DNA of 64,000 nt from positions 192,001 through 256,000 of the forward strand of contig CAVPQB010000006.1 of assembly GCA_963707505.1 (NCBI GenBank), read 5' to 3'. A program made the translations under genes and the position numbers. This document shows, piece after piece, positions 60,570 to 64,000 of the stretch (its first letter is position 1; the number at the start of each line of letters is the position of its first letter). Origin of the DNA: an uncultured Gemmatimonadales bacterium (GTDB lineage: Bacteria; Gemmatimonadota; Gemmatimonadetes; Gemmatimonadales; Gemmatimonadaceae). The notes beneath the pieces were generated by a model, which worked only from the letters and a program-made list of their open reading frames with translations, was not told where the DNA came from and did no database searches.

Positions 60570-61978
60570 CTGGTCCCTCCCGCTTTGAGCTCATCAGCGG
60601 TCAGGTGAATCTTCTGCCGCCCTTCGGGTGAGATGAGAACGCCGGTGATGCGCGGCTTTCCGATGATGTACTTGTCTGCATATGCACGCAGATCCGCAGT
60701 CGTCTGATGCGCCATGTTGTCCACGTAGCCCATGTAGTACTCGAGACTCGCGACGCTCCACCAGAATCCAAGCGTGTGCGCGAACGCTGATGCCTGCTCT
60801 CGCCCGAACGCCGATGTTACTGCGCGATGTGCCTGGACGGCTTTCAGTTCGTCGGGATCAAAGTATGTCGGATCATCCAGCTTCTTGATCTCCGAATCCA
60901 GCGCCGCAAGTGCTGGGCGCAATTTCTCCGGCGACGTCTGGCCACTGATGGTGATTGGCCCCGTGTGATTGAGCGTGTAATAGTTGACAGTCACCCCCTG
61001 CCAAAGTCCGCTGTCCACCAGCCGTTGCTGAAAGCGCGACCGCGGATCGTTCAGAAGATCCGAGAATACATCAGCTGCGTACGTCGATTTGGGATCCTTA
61101 CCGACACTCGGTCCCTGCCACTGCAGCAGCACGGTCACGGCGTTGACCTGAGCCTCCGCTACAACTGCATCGCTCGCTGTGAGTGGCGGAATGTCAGGAA
61201 TGGGATCGGCGACGAACGGATCCGGACCGCGTGCCCAGCCGCCGAGTTGGCGCGCTGCTATGGCGAAGATACTGTCCGGCTTCACGTCACCGGCGACTAT
61301 CAGCACGGAGTTGTTCGGGATGTAGTACTTGTGCTGGATGAACCGCATCTTCTCGGGCGTGGTCGTCGCGACAACCTGACGGTCGCCGATCACATTCTTG
61401 CGTGAATAATTGCCCGGATAAAGTTTCATATCCATCTGTCGCTGCAACTGGAAGAATGGACTCGATTCGTTGCGATCGTACTCGCCGATTACAACCTGTC
61501 GCTCAACTGCGAGCTCGCTCTCCAGGAACAACGGCGCGCGCAGTGCCGGTGTGAGCCATTGAATTGCGCCGCGAACCGAATCCGCTGGCACGGTGAGGTA
61601 ATAGCTCACCGTCTCTTCCTGCGTCGTTCCGTTGAAGACGGCGCCAAGTTGTGCCGCGCGATCGAGATACATCTCGCTCTCCGGATACTGCTGGTTCGCC
61701 CGGAAGAACATGTGCTCGTACATGTGCGCCAGGCCGGCGTATTCCGGCGTCTGCGTGAACGAGCCATTCCGCACGTTGACCTCGACGGTAGCGAGCGGAA
61801 CTCCGTGGTTCTCGACTACTATCACCTCGAGGCCGTTCGGTAACACACGTCGCTGAATGATCTTGTCGAGATCGGCGCGCTGCGCATGCAGTACTGCTGG
61901 CAGGACGGTCGGCAGCGTACACGCTCCGGCAACGAGCGCCAGTAACGCCAACGCCCTCTGACGCGATAATACTTTCAT
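60566..61978 (-). CDS. M16B zinc peptidase, catalytic subunit
   Basis: LPNGLEVIV, GLAHMYEHMFF (HxxEH), NGTT, ERQVVIGE, YYIPNNSVLIVAGD. Confidence 0.92.
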   Translation of the reverse strand: MKVLSRQRALALLALVAGACTLPTVLPAVLHAQRADLDKIIQRRVLPNGLEVIVVENHGVPLATVEVNVRNGSFTQTPEYAGLAHMYEHMFFRANQQYPESEMYLDRAAQLGAVFNGTTQEETVSYYLTVPADSVRGAIQWLTPALRAPLFLESELAVERQVVIGEYDRNESSPFFQLQRQMDMKLYPGNYSRKNVIGDRQVVATTTPEKMRFIQHKYYIPNNSVLIVAGDVKPDSIFAIAARQLGGWARGPDPFVADPIPDIPPLTASDAVVAEAQVNAVTVLLQWQGPSVGKDPKSTYAADVFSDLLNDPRSRFQQRLVDSGLWQGVTVNYYTLNHTGPITISGQTSPEKLRPALAALDSEIKKLDDPTYFDPDELKAVQAHRAVTSAFGREQASAFAHTLGFWWSVASLEYYMGYVDNMAHQTTADLRAYADKYIIGKPRITGVLISPEGRQKIHLTADELKAGGTR

Positions 61979-61983
61979 CTTCC

Positions 61984-63528
61984 TCACTTGCGTGGAAACA
62001 TCTCGTCCCTGTTCGCGAGCTCATATGCAGTTGCGGCGACCACCACCGCTGCCTGCTTCAGATCCTCGAGCTCCAGATGGTCATACACGTCATTCGAGCT
62101 ATGGTGCGTCCTCAGTCCATACTCGATCGGATCCTGGATGAAGTTGAACCCCGGAATACCAGCGTCGTCGAACGAAACGTGGTCCGTGCTTCCGGTATTC
62201 CCGTGCCGTACCGCTACCACACCGAGGTCATGAAACGGCCACAGAATCTGCTCGAATATCGGGATCGCCTTCTCGTTACTCTGATCCCACACGCCACGAA
62301 TCTTGCCTGTACCGTTATCCAGATTGAGATACGCTGAGATCTTCGGCGCCAGCTCTGGATGCTTCCTGATCCATCCCCGCGAACCGTAGATCCCTTCTTC
62401 CTCCCCGCTCCACAGAGCGATCCTGATCGTACGCCTGGGATGAAGGTCTAGCGTCTTGAGGATGCGCATCGCTTCCATCATCACGACGCTGCCGGCCGCG
62501 TTGTCAGTCGCGCCATTTCCATAATGCCAGGAATCGAGATGGGCGCCAATCATTACATACTCGTCAGACTTGTCGGTCCCGCGAATATCGCCGAGCGTGT
62601 TGTATGCGTTCAGGTCATCCGTGAGAAATCTGTTCTGTACGTTGAGCTGCACGGAGACAGGCACACCGCTCGTCACGTTGCGGTACATCTCGTTGTATTG
62701 CTCCTGCGGCACTATGACGTTCGGCACAGGAATCGGCATGGCTGGATTGGTCGCGGACCAATCTCCGCCGCCGCGTATCGTTCCGTACGCACTTCCCGAA
62801 CCAGTAATCACACCAGCCACGCCAGCAGCTCGCAGCAGTGAATCTCCGTGAGCCTGCTGTTTCTGAATCTTCACCAGCAGCGTGTCCCATCCAATCGCTG
62901 GGCGGGCGCGCTGATTGACCGGCGCCAGTAGCGAGTCGACCGGCGTACGACGCTCTTCGGCCTCACGAAACTCGGGCGGCAACGGGCGTGGTGGCGCGAG
63001 CAATACGAGTGCGCCGCGGAGCTTGGTGCCGTACCTGCCAATCCCGTCGACTCCGCCCTCGACCACCATCACGGGTGCCGTTATCGTCCCTTTGGTGCTT
63101 CCCGTCCACGCGCTTGCCTGGCCTGACATCGGCTGGCTGTATGGAGTGAGGATGCGGCCCTCGTACGACACGTTTTCCCAACCGCGCCCAAAGCGGCCCC
63201 AGGGCTCGACTTCGACTCCGGTCAGTCCCCACGACTTCAGTGTCGCCGCAGTCCACTCGTTCGCCGCCTTCATTCCCGGCGAACCGGTGAGCCGCGGTCC
63301 TATGACATCCGTTAGATGACGCGCGAGCGCCGGAATCTGGGAGCGCTCGAGTCCCTCCTGCCGGATGCGCGCGACTACACCGAGATCCACCTTCTCCTGC
63401 GCGATCTGTCCGCTCGCCTGACTCACCGGAATGGATAGAACCAAGGTGGCGGCAACCATCGCCACCGCTGGAATCGCGAACAGCGTGCGGGTTCGCAACA
63501 TCACACGAGCTGTAAAATGCCCTGACAT
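61984..63528 (-). CDS. M28 family metallopeptidase (carboxypeptidase Q-like), secreted
   Basis: IGPRLTGSP, GAHLDSW, GATDNAAG, WSGEEEG, NLDNG, STDH, THH. Confidence 0.92.
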   Translation of the reverse strand: MSGHFTARVMLRTRTLFAIPAVAMVAATLVLSIPVSQASGQIAQEKVDLGVVARIRQEGLERSQIPALARHLTDVIGPRLTGSPGMKAANEWTAATLKSWGLTGVEVEPWGRFGRGWENVSYEGRILTPYSQPMSGQASAWTGSTKGTITAPVMVVEGGVDGIGRYGTKLRGALVLLAPPRPLPPEFREAEERRTPVDSLLAPVNQRARPAIGWDTLLVKIQKQQAHGDSLLRAAGVAGVITGSGSAYGTIRGGGDWSATNPAMPIPVPNVIVPQEQYNEMYRNVTSGVPVSVQLNVQNRFLTDDLNAYNTLGDIRGTDKSDEYVMIGAHLDSWHYGNGATDNAAGSVVMMEAMRILKTLDLHPRRTIRIALWSGEEEGIYGSRGWIRKHPELAPKISAYLNLDNGTGKIRGVWDQSNEKAIPIFEQILWPFHDLGVVAVRHGNTGSTDHVSFDDAGIPGFNFIQDPIEYGLRTHHSSNDVYDHLELEDLKQAAVVVAATAYELANRDEMFPRK

Positions 63529-63632
63529 CAATGAATCCCTTTGAATCGAGTGGCAGACTGAGACGTGAACTTCACGCCGTATATTTGATTGGCTATGCGA
63601 TCGCACCATAACTTATGACTCGGCTCGACTAC

Positions 63633-64000
63633 ATGACGAGCGATGGCGGCGCGTCGACGGAAAAGTACGCGTACGAGGATCTGGCGGCTCTGCTCGATCC
63701 GTCGCGGCTCGTTCGCGACGAGCCCATCGCGCCGTACACGACGTTTCGCATCGGTGGACCTGCGGATCTTTTCTATTCCGCTGATTCAGCAGACGATCTG
63801 GCCAACGCAATAACGGCCGCTCGACGCACGGGCGTTGCCTTCTTCGTGCTCGGATTGGGCGCGAACATTCTGGTTGGAGACCGGGGGTTTCGCGGGCTGG
63901 TTATCCGAAACCGCGCCCGCAGCTTCGAGTTTCACGACGACGGACACCTCCACGCGGAAAGTGGCGTCGTCATGGCCGATCTCATTCCGCAAGCAGTCGA
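63633..64000 (+). CDS. murB: UDP-N-acetylmuramate dehydrogenase MurB (5' part)
   Basis: Open frame to window end: DEPIAPYTTFRIGGPADLF...VLGLGANILVGDRGFRGLVI; absent from the ORF track because there is no stop. Confidence 0.92.
   Translation, partial: MTSDGGASTEKYAYEDLAALLDPSRLVRDEPIAPYTTFRIGGPADLFYSADSADDLANAITAARRTGVAFFVLGLGANILVGDRGFRGLVIRNRARSFEFHDDGHLHAESGVVMADLIPQAV

Noticed and set aside
1..64000. CRISPR array, tRNA, rRNA or IS element
   Set aside because: I saw no spaced direct repeats, RNA gene signatures or transposase motifs; the tandem repeats found lie inside coding regions.

Overview
High-GC bacterial DNA. Gene content and order suggest Gemmatimonadota (inference). Bases 1-37108 are one near-complete flagellar cluster. 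The minus-strand arm carries flgL-fliW-fliC-fliD and a FliT-like ORF. The plus-strand arm carries a sigma54-dependent response regulator, flgBC-fliEFGHIJ-motE-like-fliK-flgDE, fliLMNOPQR-flhBA-flhG-like-fliA, flgFGAHIJNK-csrA and motAB. Best lead: the fliK-position gene has a FliK-type C-terminus and also an intact-looking M15 (CwlK/Ply500-type L-Ala-D-Glu) zinc peptidoglycan endopeptidase domain. The cluster's FlgJ is rod-binding only and no SltF is present, so the hook ruler may supply the wall hydrolase. The regulatory layout is readable from sequence: three sigma54 promoters, each with CGGCA-N5-TGCCG-like enhancer dyads and an IHF-like box; a consensus sigma28 promoter and CsrA sites on fliC; and a ChpT-like pseudo-histidine kinase beside motA. 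Right of the cluster lie a Ser/Thr kinase, alkA, a TPR protein, a run of small genes starting at an integron-integrase-like fragment, a 5'-truncated RHS toxin with a putative immunity gene, M16/M28 peptidases and the start of murB. Many genes contain single-base frameshifts, most likely long-read consensus errors. All calls come from motif recognition by eye; no database searches were run.
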